A DNA stretch of 63,329 nucleotides, filler included, from Cercozoa sp. M6MM (taxonomy: Eukaryota > Protista > Endomyxa: Ascetosporea), in the NCBI GenBank assembly GCA_040357565.1. It is 7 parts of 7 records of this genome, joined end to end, with 100 filler letters (N's around TTAATTAATTAA, not from the genome) between each part and the next. Parts side by side here need not be neighbours in the genome. Positions count along the whole stretch, not along the records: positions 1 to 28,150 come from JBDODJ010000140.1; 6 more parts are not named here. The stretch is one strand, 5' to 3'. Of the stretch, positions 14,106-27,466 are shown piece by piece. A program made the position numbers and the translations under genes. The notes beneath the pieces are model-generated. The model worked only from the letters and a program-made list of their open reading frames with translations. It was not told where the DNA came from and ran no database searches. Positions within the stretch are counted from its first letter, which is position 1, and every line of letters begins with the position of its first letter.

Positions 14106-16072
14106 ATGTCGCTGCGCGCAGCACTGAACCCGCTGGTGCGCTGCCATTTTTGTTTTTTCTTGTCGCTATTGTCGCCGACGATGACGCACAGGGCATCGTG
14201 TGGCCCCAAGTGCTGCACACGAGGCCACAATTCTGCACTGTGCTGTTCGGGTGTGCAAGACAGGTCTTGCGCGCTCGTGTGGTTTTGCAAGTCGACTGAT
14301 CAGTTTTGCTTTTGCTTTTTTTTGCTTTTGCTTTCTGCTGTGTATTATGCTTTGCTGTTGGAGTTTTGAATCATGATGTTGACGCTGGATTGGTGTTTGC
14401 AGATCAAGTCGACGACGCTGGCCAATGGCCTGCGCGTAGTCACTGAGAAGTCGGGCGCCGGTGCCAACTCCAAGACGGCTGCTGTTTCGGTAAAGCCTTT
14501 TGTGTTCTGATTTGTGAAGTGAAAATGTGAAGTGTAAACTGAGCTTAAGTTTGTCTTGTGCGCAGCTGATGTTCCAGAGCGGTTCGCGCTACGAGAAGGT
14601 GCCGGGCGCCGCGTCGGCGCTGGCTCAGTCGCTCGCTGTGCAGAAGGGCCTGTCGGTATGTGCATTAGTAAACAGAGATAACGGGGGGTAAATGAGATAA
14701 AACAGCCTCTGTGTACAGGTGGAGATCGATGAGGACTTTCTGACGCTGTCGATGCGCACGACGTCACAGGACGGCAAGCTGAGCAACGCGTCGCAGCTGC
14801 TGTCGGTGCTTGACGGTGTCGAGAAGGCTACGGCGGCGCATGCTCTGCCTTACGAGGTAGCCCTGTTTCGTACCCCCCCCCCCACCCCCTACCCTTCCCC
14901 ACCCCTTGTGCAGTTCCACGGCTCGGCAAATATCGAGGAGGAGATGATGCGCCGCGTGCAGCAGGACGTGTTCGAAGGCACTCTGGGCTACGCGCAGCCG
15001 TCGGCCGAGCAGCTCGCCCTGCTGACTGAGGAGGAGGTTTTACTACCTACCTTTACCCCCCATACACACACGCGCCTTTTCCCCCCCCCCCCCTCGAGAG
15101 CAGGTGCAACGCCATGCCAAACTGCTCAAGGCCAAGCAAGCCGTTGTTGTGGCCGTTGGCGACGTCGAGCACGAGGCCTTTGTCGAAGAGGTCGACAAGC
15201 ACCTGTCCTCGCTGGCCGCTGGCAAGTGTATGGACTGTTTTACCCCCAACCCCTCCCCTTACCCCCCTCTAATCCCCAGACCTCAACGAGGCCAACTTGA
15301 ACGTGCACGAGAACTTTGTCGGTCAGCACATTGAGCAGCGTCATGACAACTGGTACACATGAGCATGCTTGTTCATCCCTAGGTACTGAGGTACTTAGGC
15401 CGTTCGCGCATGCGTTGTTGGTCTTCGCCACCGAGGGTCTGGAGAACCCGCAGGTATTTAGCCCCCCCCCCCTGGCACCTGTGAATTAACACCTGCGTGA
15501 GTTAACACCTGTGTGAATGTGTAGATGATGGCGAACCTCGAGGTGTTCAAGCAGCTGCTGGGCCGCTACTCGGCCAAGGACCGTGCGCAGGGCGTCGTCG
15601 ACTACCGTCCGCTGGTGCGCGAGATCGCCGATCAGGACACTGTGGAGCACTTCCGTAAGTTTGGTTGCTTTACCCCCCTGCTCCTTAACCCTCTCCCCTG
15701 AGTAGACGCCGTGCAAACGGCGGGTCTGGGTCACGGTCTGTTCGGCGTGTATGGCGTGACGCAGGACACGCGTCTGTACGACCTGTGCAGTCACTCGATG
15801 CGTGCCATGTCTGGTACGGTCACGCAGACCGTGTACGACATGCCGCAGTTCGAGTGGTACTCCCCCTTTACCCCTACCCCTATCCCTTTACTTCTATCGT
15901 TTACTTCTATCCACAGGCTCAAGACGGCGGCCGTGACGGAGCGTCTGACGGCGCAGGACACGCCGGCCAAGCGTGCCATCGCCGTCGCCAAGCAGCTGCT
16001 CTCGGAGGACGTGGTGCTGACGCCGGCGCAGCAGATGGCTCTCATCGATGCTGTCACTCCCGACAGTAACTT

Positions 16073-16115
<43 letters not shown>

Positions 16116-16269
16116 ATACACATTTATCTAAATGTCCCGTGCAGCCCTCATGGACACGGCCAAGGCGGTGTGCTACGCGCGCGAGCACGCGCTCGTCGGC
16201 TACGGCCCGACCTTTGAGATTCCGGACATCAACTTCATGCGTCTGCACGCCGAGGGCAAGCTCGCTTAA
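14106..16269 (+). CDS. Mitochondrial M16-family protein (cytochrome bc1 core / MPP-like) lacking the HXXEH motif
   Basis: Presequence-like MSLRAALNPL|VLRARV, then IKSTTLANGLRVVTE, FQSGSRYE, VVAVGDVEHEAFV, GLFGVYG and a C-terminal ALVGYGP. The zinc-motif position reads ASALAQS. TAA at 16267-16269. Confidence 0.85.
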
Positions 16270-16364
16270 GTTGCCGACTCGCTTCGACTTCATATACGTT
16301 TTTCCATTCTTCTCACTTGTTTCCGACTACTTAATCTGGCACAGGGAGTTGAAAGTAACGCGAA

Positions 16365-18556
16365 CTAATCTATTTCGCGCACCTGCTGTCTCAGTTGCGC
16401 CACCCTGCAACAAAAGCTAATTCTCTGGCTACAACGACACAAAATCGGAAAATGGTACTCCTGTCGCAGTAGACGCAGTTCTGCGATTGTGGAGTCGACA
16501 CGATCGTGTAGCGCCGGCAGCTGTAGCGACGCACGCGTGGCACGATTCAACGCCGCATCAGCACAGTCGGCCTTTTGCGAAAACACAAGTAAAATCAGAG
16601 AAAAATCAATACCCATGGCAACATCTACCTGTCGACGAGCATGCAGATCGCGCAAAGCCAGTAGTTGAGCTGACGACAGCTGCTCTAACTCGTGCATCGG
16701 AGCAACTGGAGAAAGCACGTCTTCGCTGTACTCCAACAAAATAAAAAACAAAACTGTACCCAGGTGGCGCAACTCCAGACCAAGATCATCGGCGATCGGA
16801 AGGAGCATTCGCAGCTCGTTCTCTGGGCTCTACAGAACACTCACACATATGTTGCGGCGCTGGCTCCTGTCAGGAATGGAAATCAACGTAGTACCATTGT
16901 CTGGCGAATTTGAGTCCTTTCAGTTTGACGGTCATCGTGAGTTGTAACACTCAGAGTGTCTTGATTCGTCCGCTTGGGTGCCAGGACTGGCACAGTTGTG
17001 CTTTGGTGTGCACTGGCACGCAGCACGTCGGCAAAACGGAGACTTGGACTGGTTGGTTCAGTTTTTTGTGCCTCCGGCTTTTGCGGCTCGGGCTTTTGCG
17101 GCTCACGCCGTTGTGGCTTGGGCTTTGGCGACTCAACCTTGCGTTGCTAAAAAAGTACAGTTTAGAACAGCACACAGCGTCTAAAATCACAAAAAATCAA
17201 CAACTGACCGCATTCTTCGGTTTGTTCTTGCGTTTTTTCTTGTTTTTTGGCGGTTTCTCCAGCTGCGGTTGTGACTGGGCGTTTAGGAGTGTTTGCAGCG
17301 TTTGCTGTCTCTGCAAGCGTATCCAGGATGTGTTGCGTGTTAAGCTGCACAGCACTGAGTACCACACGCTCGGCTTGGTCAAAAATTGCGACGACTTCTT
17401 GAGTCACGACAGAGGGATTTTTGGTGTTTCGCATGACCTCGACGATGTCTTTGGCAGCGCCGCCACACGAGGCGCCACATTTGGTCACAAGGAAACGCAC
17501 AAGTGACACGTGTTGTGCCTGTAGGGCATGTGCCAGGGCCGTTGCATTGCGTCTACAAAAATAAACAGGTTTGAATTGGAGTAAATAATGTTTCGCTTAC
17601 TGATCAAGTGTGTCGACGATTTCGTTCAAAGTTCGATGCGGCATCAGTTCTGTTTAAGAAACTAATATAAATCGAAAGCAGCAGTTTCAACGCATTCAAA
17701 GAAAAACTGAATACTTTGAGCGAAAGTGAGAACAAGCTGCACTGTTTTCACGGGTGCTTTGAAGAAGGCCGCCAACTAAGCTCGAACACTGTTGAGCTAA
17801 AGTAGACTTTAACCAGTCAAAATACCATGAGAAGAGTCTCCGGGCCATGCATCCAGATGCGTTTGTAAACAGTTTTGTCTTCAGTTTCGTTGATTTCTGC
17901 CGAGTGCGTTTCTTACCAGTCAGAACACAAAGCGAAAGAGTAGTGACCCAGGAGAAACGCATACCGCGAGACAAACGACTCAGCAGCAGATCGGCGCAGT
18001 CAAAGTGTCGAGCACACACAGCAATATGCACGGCCGTGTCACCACCTCGATTGGCATGTGTCAAATTCGCACCATGCTCTGATTTCATTTCGCTTCCTTA
18101 ATTAAGCTTTGAGAAACTGAAAACTGATCGCAGGGGTACCAAGCAGCAACTGCACGATTGGCAGACTGCCCAGCTTGCAGGCCAGCATCAAACACGAGTT
18201 GCGCACGCCCTCTTCTGCAAGAGAAACACAATTTCTTTCAAACATCAAAAATACAAAAAAAAAACAAAAACAAGCGACCTTTGGTCGTCGCATTGACATC
18301 TGCTCCGTGCTTAATGAGAAGCCGCACACACTCGAGCATATCACTCTGTGTCTGAGTTGAACACAAGAGCAGCACTAAGGCCGCCACGCCCTGGTACCGT
18401 GCGCGTACCAACTCGGGATGCTCCTAAAAACAACAACAGAATCAAAAGACAAAACAGCTACCAGAAAAATCAACAAACCGTCACCAAAATATCGAGCTCC
18501 CGCAACTCACATTTCGACGCTGCTGTAAACCAGCGTTGTAAAACCCTATCCTCCAT
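16365..18556 (-). CDS. Ankyrin-repeat protein with a C-terminal helical/coiled-coil region
   Basis: Exons encode NSCLMLACKLGSLPIVQLLL, GANLTHANRGGDTAVHIAV and NATALAHALQAQHVSLVRFLVTKCGA. Probable ATG (MEDRVLQRWFTAA) at 18556, TAG at 16365. Confidence 0.75.
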
Positions 18557-18690
18557 AGTAGTGTACTGTACAGAAACACTAACGAAGCTTAATTTAATGT
18601 ACTGGCTTTGCCTTTTATTTTTGTCAACAATCCCGCTCAAGATCGCCTGGCGTTGTACGTGTTTGCAGACTTGGTTACACCCTGACAGTA

Positions 18691-19204
18691 ATGTTCAAGA
18701 ACGCTCTGAAGCGCGTGCACGAGCTGAGATTTTTCCTGTGCCAGACGGCTCCAGCGAGCCAGGGCGTGAGGTAACACATGTGCTAGCACTCGGTTTATGT
18801 CGTTCGCGTTACTATGCTCACGTTGATCAGAGAATTCCTGCAGTCGGAGTTCGCCGCGATGCGACAGGTTCGAGCTCTGCGTTTCTTGACTGTACAGGAT
18901 CGATGTGTGGTGTGTTTGTACTGCGTGCAGACCAACCCGACTCTGCCACTGCTGGTGCGCGAGAGTGCTGGCACTGAGGCGCGTATCATTGCTCGTTTCG
19001 GTAGCAACATCCCAGCTGTTTTTCAAGCTTGGCCCACGTGCAGTTGCTCACCTGCTTGTGTAGAGAAGGGCATCGAGTCTTCTGTCAGTGTTGAGAACAA
19101 GTCGGCCCAGGTAGAGAACCTTGCTTTTCTTTGTGTATCTTTACCTTTGTGTGTATGTGCTTGCACAGGAGATCAAGGATACCCTGATGGCTCTCGTGCA
19201 ATAA
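18691..19204 (+). CDS. NDUFA2: NADH dehydrogenase 1 alpha subcomplex subunit 2 (CI-B8)
   Basis: Five exons give MFKNALKRVHELRFFLCQTAPASQGVR|EFLQSEFAAMRQ|TNPTLPLLVRESAGTEARIIARF|EKGIESSVSVENKSAQ|EIKDTLMALVQ*, matching the L51/S25/CI-B8 signature. Confidence 0.92.
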
Positions 19205-19814
19205 TTACTACAGTCAATGACGCAGATAATATCGATGCCTGGGTGCGCCCTACCGAATATTTAATTTTACGTTAAGACAATTTTGTTGAAAATCGCCAAC
19301 GCAATTTTCGGGTGCAATAAAATACCAACGCAAAAGATCTCAAACTACCAAAATCGCTCTCTATACGTTTGTTCTACATTTGAACAACTCAACTATCGTA
19401 TACAGAGCTATTTTCATTCTCTTGCACTACCGTGACTCGTACAGTTCGAGAAAAAGGCATTCCAATAGGGCGCGGATATTCTTGACTGCGCGCACTGTAA
19501 AGTACTGTAAGTGCATGTCGTTTGTTCAACAGGAAGTGAACCTGCGGAACTGAAGTCATTTTGGCGTGTTTTCAATCGATGCTTTTTTTGGCGGTGGCGG
19601 TCAAAGAAAGACCGAACTCAGTGTTCGTTGTTCCAACTTGTAAATTTTACTGCCACTGCTACAGTAGCGTACGAGAGTCTAAATAAAATCTCGTCCTTCA
19701 GCTTTTGAACTCGAAATTGAGAGTGTGCGAGTGCAACTCCCAAGCTCACTGACCGAACTGATTGAAAGACAAAGACTTAACTGAACTGAACTCAGAACTC
19801 TCCTGGTCTTCACG

Positions 19815-22800
19815 ATGCGCTTCCTCCTGAGTGCGACGCTGGTCGCCTTCGCATGTGCGCAGCACCAGCTACCCACCTTCCCGAACCAGAGTGAGTTATA
19901 CTTGCAAGGCTACCCCAGGATGGCTGTACATGTACTGTATATTCTTAGAACCGGACACCCCTGCCGACCGAATGATCTTCCAGTGTTCCTTCTGACTAAT
20001 TTAAATTACAATCCCCCTAACCTGCCCTTTATAATTTAGGCCAGTTATGTTTTTATGCAGACGACGCTGACATGCTGACCGGCAATGGCTTGCTGCTGCA
20101 CGACTCGAGCGAGAACTTGCGCTCACTGGTGCAGCAGCGCATCCTGTCGGGTCTGCATGAGAGCGGTGTTGACTCTTCGGAAGAGGACTTTGATCCCGAG
20201 GTGCACTCGATCGCTCGTATAGGCGGCAGTGTCTTTGCTGACGTAAGTTCTACCTTGCAATTAATATTGACTCTCGAAAACATGAATCGTTCACCCCTAC
20301 GTATTCCTAGGTACGCATCCCAGCGGACGGCGAGATGACCAGCAAGGATCGGTCGATGGCAGCGATTCGAAACGACGAGGCTTCGTTGGGCCCGCCCGAG
20401 CGGATGGTCATGTTGACAGCGTTGCAGGACTCGTGCAGTCTGCAGTCGAGTGCGCCCTGGGGAGTGCATGTTATGGACGGCGATCCCACGGCCAGCACCT
20501 GGAGTGCCTTCGTCGGTACTGCCAACGAGTTCGAACGCTGCGACGCACGTGCCGGTGCATCAGCTCTGCACTTTTACTCTAATTTACTGTATGTAAATAG
20601 TGTAGTTCGTGTAGATACAGTTTATCAATTTATACGTTGATTCCTGATACTCCTGTCCGTGTAATTGACTGTGCTCTCTACGACGCACTATGTAAGTTTA
20701 AATAGTTGATGTGATCGTACTTTGATTGTACGACTATTTTAACTACAATATAAATTGATATGTCCTATGGAAGAAAATTTAGTGTGTATCTATGCGCTTG
20801 TGCTTGTACACCCGTGCAGGCGCCGACACGGACGTGTGGGTGCTCGACATGTGTGTGCAAACGCGTTCGAGTGAGAGCGCCTCGAGTCGGTGCTTTCACT
20901 CCATTTACCCCTCGCCACTATACTCCCCTCCCTTTGCTCATCGATCCACATCCCATCTGGGCAGAATCACGCGGAACCAATTGTCGAACTACTGGGACTT
21001 TGTTGACAACGCCAACGTGTGCAACACGGGCAGCACGTGCGGACTGCCGGAGCCGGAACACGGCACTTTGGTGGCCAATGTGTTGGCACGTGACACCACC
21101 GGAGTGCTACCGTCGCCTCAGACTGGCGACGGTTCGCGTCCGCGCGTACACAGTGCGCGAGTGTTGGATTGCCAAGGCAGTGGCAGTGACGTACAACTTA
21201 ACTTAACTGATCCTTTTTACACCCTTTTACCCCCTTTACCCTGACCCCGTATACCCTTTTACTCCCATTTATCAGCTCTATACCTTACCCTTTTACCCGC
21301 TACCTAGTTCGGCATAATCCAAGCCATCAGTGCCATCGTGGACTGGCACAACGGAAACGCTTTGGGCAGTGGCTTCTACCGCGACAATAGTGTACAGAGT
21401 TCCCCTCCTGTCACTTATACCCCCTCCAGGGCACACAAGGAGTGACATGGTCGGAGGCCAAGATGGGCGGCAAGCACCTCACGCTGATCAACATGTCACT
21501 GGGCGGCGGCAAGTCGACTGCCTTGGAGAATGCTGTCAATGCTGCAGCCGCCGAGGGTGTCGTGTCTGTCGTGGCTGCCGGCAACAGTGGCGTGCCTGCG
21601 TGCACTGAGGTTTTACTTCTCCCGTTTACCCCCCTTCCACATTTAACCCCCCCCCCCCCCCAGTCGCCTGCTGGTGCGACGTCGGCCATCACGGCGGGTG
21701 CCATTGCGTCAGGTTGGTTCTCGTCGCCTCCTTACCTTTTTCCACTCCCTTTTACCCCCCTTATCCCTTCTTACCCTTGACTGTTTTTACTCTCCTTTTT
21801 ACTCCCCTTTTTACTCCCTTTTTATCCCCCTCACGCCCCCAGACGGAAGCGAAATAGTGTGGAGTGGCTACGGCAGCTGCGTGGACGTGTATGCTCCCGG
21901 CGTGAGTGTGCGCAGCGGCGGTGTCACTGTGAGTGGCACCTCCTTCAGCTGTCCCTACACTGCCGGTGTGGCCGCGGCCATCGTGGGCGCACTCAACCCG
22001 CAGGTAGGCCTGCCCACATCCCATTTAACCCCTTTAAACCCCCGCTTTTTACCTCCCCTGTAGAACGAGGCTGACTTGAGAGCGATCCTGGTGGACGGCG
22101 GAGCACAAGGCGTTGCCGGAATCCTGCCTGGTTACGACTCCCCCAACGTGGTGCCGACGGTCGTTTCGATCGACAATGCTGCGTAGTCCCCCCCCCCCCC
22201 GACCTATCTTGACCCTCTTTACCCTCTTTACCCCCCCCCCCCCCAGACCCCCACCTGGTCCAACGCCGGTGCCAGTGCCAGGTCCAACGACAACAACGAC
22301 AACGACAACAACAACAACAACGACACCTCCGAGTGGACCGCAGCAGTGCCTCAACGAGAAGACACACTTCGAGGGTGGCCTGTCCTTCCCGGTGCAAACA
22401 TCGGCGGGTGGCACTATCACTTGTCGTCAGTGTCCGACGGCAGGCGGAGCACGAACTCTGCAGAGCGAGTTTCCGTGTGCACATGCCATCTTCCGCGTAC
22501 TTTAACCACTTTAACTTCCCTTAGCCACCCTTTCCCACTATTCAACCCCTTTAACCAACATTATATAACCATAACTTATCCCCTTTAAATGCCAACTTGT
22601 TACCCTTTGACCCTTTCATTACTTCCCCCTTCACCTTCGCCCAACATAGAGTGGCCGCTGGCGCACACGTCGTTCGCGCTGCTTGGCGAGCTTCCAGTGT
22701 CAAAGAACCTGCGTGGATATCGATACGGCGAGTGTTCCTTCAACCTCCTTTAGCCTCTTGTTTACCCCATCCTTTGTTCTTACCCCCTCCTGCCGGACAG

Positions 22801-24306
22801 AGCAATGCACGCGCCGACCAAGTGGGCTGTCTGAACCGTGTGATCAACAACTACTGTCTGCGTTTCCCGTACTTCCCGGTGAACAACGGCGACCCGTTCA
22901 GCTACGTCGAGGACGCCGTAAACTGCCGCGCGTGCCGCTCCTTCCACGCACAGCTCTGCGAGCGTCTACAACCTGGAGACGCTATCCGTGAGTGTTCTTT
23001 ATCTCCTTTAATTTACCACCTTATAAACCCCCATTATTCCAGTACTTTTTATCGTTTCTCTGGATGACCTCTTCTTTTCCGTTTGCCCTTTATTATCTTT
23101 ATTCCATCGTTCTTGTATCTTTTATCTCTATGTTACTCCCTCATTTGTCCACCTTCTATTTGTTTTGTTTCTTTTATTTCCCCATTTCCACCCTAGAGTT
23201 CGGAGTGGACTGCGAGAACGACCCGACCGGCGTCGCGAAATTCTGCAACGACGAGTTCCTCGAACGCTTCGGTCCATTCCCGGGTACTCTTTGTGCCAAC
23301 TTGTACTGTAGTCATAACTTAATCTTTGGTACAATGGTACGCGGTACAGACCAGTTGGACTCCATCATACTAGCCCGTCGTGCCGGCGAACAAGATGACT
23401 TGCGTCGCACGCAGAAGTGCGCCAACGGTACTATATCCACAGACTATGCAGTATAATTGAGAGTCAATTTTACCTGGGCACGTGCAGTGGGCCGAGCCAT
23501 CGCAGTGACGGTCAATGTGCCCGACGTTACCAAGGCACTGGGCGACACGGACTACCTGTGCGATCAGGCACGTGTGCGACTGGCCGACTTGGCCATGTTG
23601 GTTGCCCCCCTAGACAAAGCAATATTAACAGAAGATCCACCGCAGTGAAACTGTGCTTTCGTTTGTGAATTGTTAGAAATGCGGCCAATCAAGCCAACGG
23701 AATCCTCGTCAGCGAGCTCGACTTCGAACTCGACGACGACGCTGCCTGTGACCTCACCGAGCAGGTAGTTCTCACACCCTCTTTAAATTTCCTTCTTCCA
23801 TTCTCATCTTGGGATCTGCAGCAACACGTGCGTGGTGTCAACGGTATGCGACTCAACTTTGCCATTCGTCCGTCCGACAAGTCGGAGGACGAGTTCGACA
23901 AGCTGCTGGATGAGGACGCGCAGGCACTGGCTCAACGCGTGTTGCGCAACATGCGTATGCTCGAGCTTCTCTCTTGACGGGTATAAAATACTTGCGTATA
24001 TCGACAGGTATCGATGCGTCTCCTTCGGTGGATGCTGACATGCTGGTCACCATCGACGTTGCCGACGATAGTGTAAACTGACTCTTTGCACCGTATCTAA
24101 TAAACCAACTAATCTTCTTCGGTGCTTTGAAGGGACTGAACAACGGCATCACTCCGATCAGCGAGGACGACGCTCGTGTTTGCATCAATGCGCTTAACCA
24201 AGGCTCTTCGTTCTCGCGATCGGATGCGCCAGGTTTGCCGCAGTGTGCCTCGGTGGGCGCACTGTCCGCCACTGCTGCTGTCGCTGCACATCTGCTGCAG
24301 CACTGA
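19815..24306 (+). CDS. Secreted divergent S8 subtilisin with a Pro/Thr linker and a long Cys-rich C-terminal extension
   Basis: Signal peptide MRFLLSATLVAFACA. Triad motifs VWVLD(MC), EHGTLVA and SGTSFSCPYTAG; oxyanion AAGNS; INMSLGG; GSCVDVYAPG. Poly-Thr linker about 22286-22325. TGA at 24304-24306. Confidence 0.88.
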
Positions 24307-24558
24307 GCCTTGCTCCAAGCACTCCAAGTATCCAATTCGAAGTCAAACAAAATCACTCAGGCCGCGGCAGCCACACCGACAATCTGCGCTCGGCTGCCTG
24401 GCTCGCATCACATCCTTTCGCTGGACTTAAGTTTTAATTGAAATTTAGACTACTCTCGCGCGGCACTGGCACGGCTGATTTTTTATTTAATACTGCGCTG
24501 CACCGTACCGTACGTGCACCAGCGCAGGGCTAACGTAAACAACGGCACTAGCGCAGGA

Positions 24559-26254
24559 TTAAACAACGGCACTAGCGCTGGCGCTACTGGCCGTGCTGCC
24601 GGTGCTGCCGGTGTCACTAACCGCACTCGTCTGCTCGCGCCTCAGCAACAGTGTCGCGTATTTTGGCAAGCCTTGTGCAAGCTCATTTGCCTGGGAAAAT
24701 GCACGGTAAAAACGTGTTTAAAAACATGTAAGTTTAGACCAAATCAAAACACACCACAATATCGGCAGGCAACTGCACCGCAGGCGGTTTCGGTGCGCCA
24801 TGCTCCCGCTTTGGTGCAGGGATGTACAAGTTTAATCGACCTAACGCCAGGCAGCAAGAATATCGTATGATAAATTAAAAATCTATGAATGCAAAACAGC
24901 TATACCTGCAGAAGCGCGCGATGAAGCATTTGAGTTCGGGATTGCAAACGCCTGTGCACAAGGTAAAGCTAGGTGTTAGCGAACGGAAGTAACTTAACAA
25001 ACCTGACAAAGGTCGTCAATCGCAGCACCAAGTGACTTGTCCGCGCGGAAGTACACTGAGACCTTTTTGCGTTTCGTAAGTGGCGACTCGACACCACGAC
25101 CAAGTTTGACCACGAAATAAACCTGAAAGCGAGCCAAACATCGAGCAGACTTGAATGGATACACATAACAGAGTTACCCTGTTTTCTTCCTTCACACCGG
25201 CGCGTCCTTTCGCCTTTTTCTTGTCAAAAGTTGCAGCACTTGTTTCCCTTTTCGATGACTAAACACACAAAGTTAATCACCAACTCGAACAATAAAAAGC
25301 AGTGTGTATCGTACAGTTCGCGAAGTGAGAATCCCGGAATTGCGCAATCGCGCAAGCACACTTTGCATTGCGTTCTGCAAAGCCCAAAGTAAGAACCAAT
25401 GAAGAGAAATTCTTCAGAATTCTCGGTTGTGGGAAAAAAGTAGGCTACCTGTTTCAACACTTTTCGACGCTCCTTGTCGCGTCGTTCTCTTTCTTTTAGC
25501 GCACGTCTACTCGAGCAAACTATACTGGTACGAAGTTAAACTGATCACACAAACAGAAATGTACCGACGTCGCACTTCGACACATTCGTGCGCACTAGGC
25601 AGTCGATGCGACGGGCAGAAACCGTGTCCACATTCACGACACCTAACCTACAACCAACATTCGTGTATAGTACCACCACAAAACAAAAGAAGCTACCAAC
25701 ATCAGCGACTGTGACTGACAAGTATTGACTCCACATTTCGGCGATTCACGGCGTTTCGCAATATTCGAACGACACTGAAAAACAAAAAACTTACGATTTT
25801 AAAAGTTAAAAGCAGACAGTTACAACTTACACCAGACTCGATATGTCGACTGACAGCTGTATCAACGTCTTCGTTCTCTTTCAATAAGACATGCTGCGAG
25901 CACAGTGGGCACTACGAGTTAAAGCAAAAAGTACGACGCAAGTGCACGCAGATGTGAGCAAGTGGACCTTTGGAAGCTGCCGATTCTCCATCTTGTCGGC
26001 ACAGCCGTGTTCTGTCGGCAACCTTTCACAAATAAAAACAGGTCAGACTTCCACTCGTTTTATCATGACGACATGGGGAACCTGTGGGCCGAACAGAAGT
26101 GCTTCTGGCACAGTTCGCACTCGAACGGCAGGTAATCAATCACGCGACATCTGCACAGAGACAACACACACCATTGCGGTAATTCGAATCACTTGCTTTG
26201 CAAAGAAACGTGATACGTCGGCTCGCTACACCGTTGCTGTCCTCTTACTTCCAT
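24559..26254 (-). CDS. Tandem AN1-type zinc finger protein with a C-terminal UBL-like domain (ZFAND1/ZFAND2/Cuz1-like)
   Basis: CSEPT|CRVIDYLPFECELCQKHFCSAHR|LPTEHGC; CPLCSQHV...VSRHIESG; CGVNTC...CRECGHGFCPSHRLPSAHEC; C-terminal VYFVVKLG...VYFRADKSLGAAIDDLCQ...RLNLY. Confidence 0.88.
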
Positions 26255-26329
26255 CAAGTCACCAATGTGCTGGTGCTATTTGAAGCTGCGAGGCAATGCC
26301 AGGGAGTCTAACTCGACAGGGTATGGGCA

Positions 26330-27208
26330 GAAAAGGGTCAAAGTTTGGTCGATGAAACTGAGAATATTCTCGTTTTTGTGTCAATTTCCGTTCTTCCGTG
26401 TTCTTTTCGCGGGCAGCAAAGAACATTGGCATGCTTTGATTTAAATTATTAGAAGAGAATCTTTTTCGTCGCGATGCAAGCACCAAGAAGACTGCGGAAT
26501 GGACTGAAAGACCGTTTTGGTTACTTTTCGGGCGATGGGCAGTGATTGCTCTCGAACGGCTGACCACTCCCAGTGACTTCCTGCTTTCAGCGATCACACG
26601 CGCTTGACTGGCGATGGTGATCAAGTAACCTGCTGTTGAAAAGCTTGCCCAGCAACGAGGCGCTTTAGAAGGCCATTTTGAATTCTATTGCCCCAACGAG
26701 AGTGGACTGTCGACCAGGAGCGCTCGTTCGTTTTTTGTATTATTTGTAAGCGCCTAGGCCATGAAGCTTCTTCTGGCTGCGGCCTTGTGCGCTTCCGGCG
26801 CGGTCGCCTTTGCTGCGCCGGAGATGGAAGCGTAACTTCCGATAGAAAAGCAAGCACCTGCCTTTACATTACAGACTGTAACTTTTAGGTACGTTCAACC
26901 CGCCGTCGCCCGTCGCTTCGAGGTGATCCCCCACGACAGCTTTGAGCTGTCCTTCTTTGATGATGCCGATGCCCATGGTACCTCGTCCTTGCTTTCTTTC
27001 GGTTAACAAAGCCGCAAGGACAAAACTGAACGGACAAGAAACGCTTTTGAATCGATCTGGGAAATTTCAGACGACGACACGCTCGCTTTCTCGGTGCGCT
27101 CGTCGGATGAGTCGCTGCTGGAGCGGCACGAGAGTGCTCGCAACGAGCGTCGGCGTCAACGCCGCCGGCGACAGGTAGATAACTTACTTGGTTTTGCGTT
27201 TCTTCATG
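26330..27208 (-). CDS. Hypothetical small basic/Ser-rich protein (model uncertain)
   Basis: ATGAAGAAACGCAAAACCAA followed by a gtaagt donor, then several exon-like GC-rich blocks with GT-AG boundaries. Reading frame and stop not resolved. Confidence 0.35.
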
Positions 27209-27466
27209 TGGAAATATGAAATATCTCGCCTGAATAGATTGAGCGCAAGCACCGGCGTCGAAATGAAGGGTGGAAGCAGGTAATTGAGGTCACTTTGCTT
27301 TGCCCTCAATGGTACTGGTACCATATATCTTAGCTGGCCGAATACGCCAGTCTGCGCGTGCGACTGCCCGACACGTAACTCAAGCCTTGTTTCGTATTTG
27401 TAAAAATGCGACACACTTCTGATTGATTTAACCTTGGGGAGCAGGAAGGAAGACTTCCGTGTCCAA

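Noticed and set aside
18597-18655. Apparent non-AUG start (ATC GCC TGG CGT, resembling MAWR) for NDUFA2
   Set aside because: An in-frame ATG at 18691 (MFKNALKRVHELR) gives a complete CI-B8 protein.
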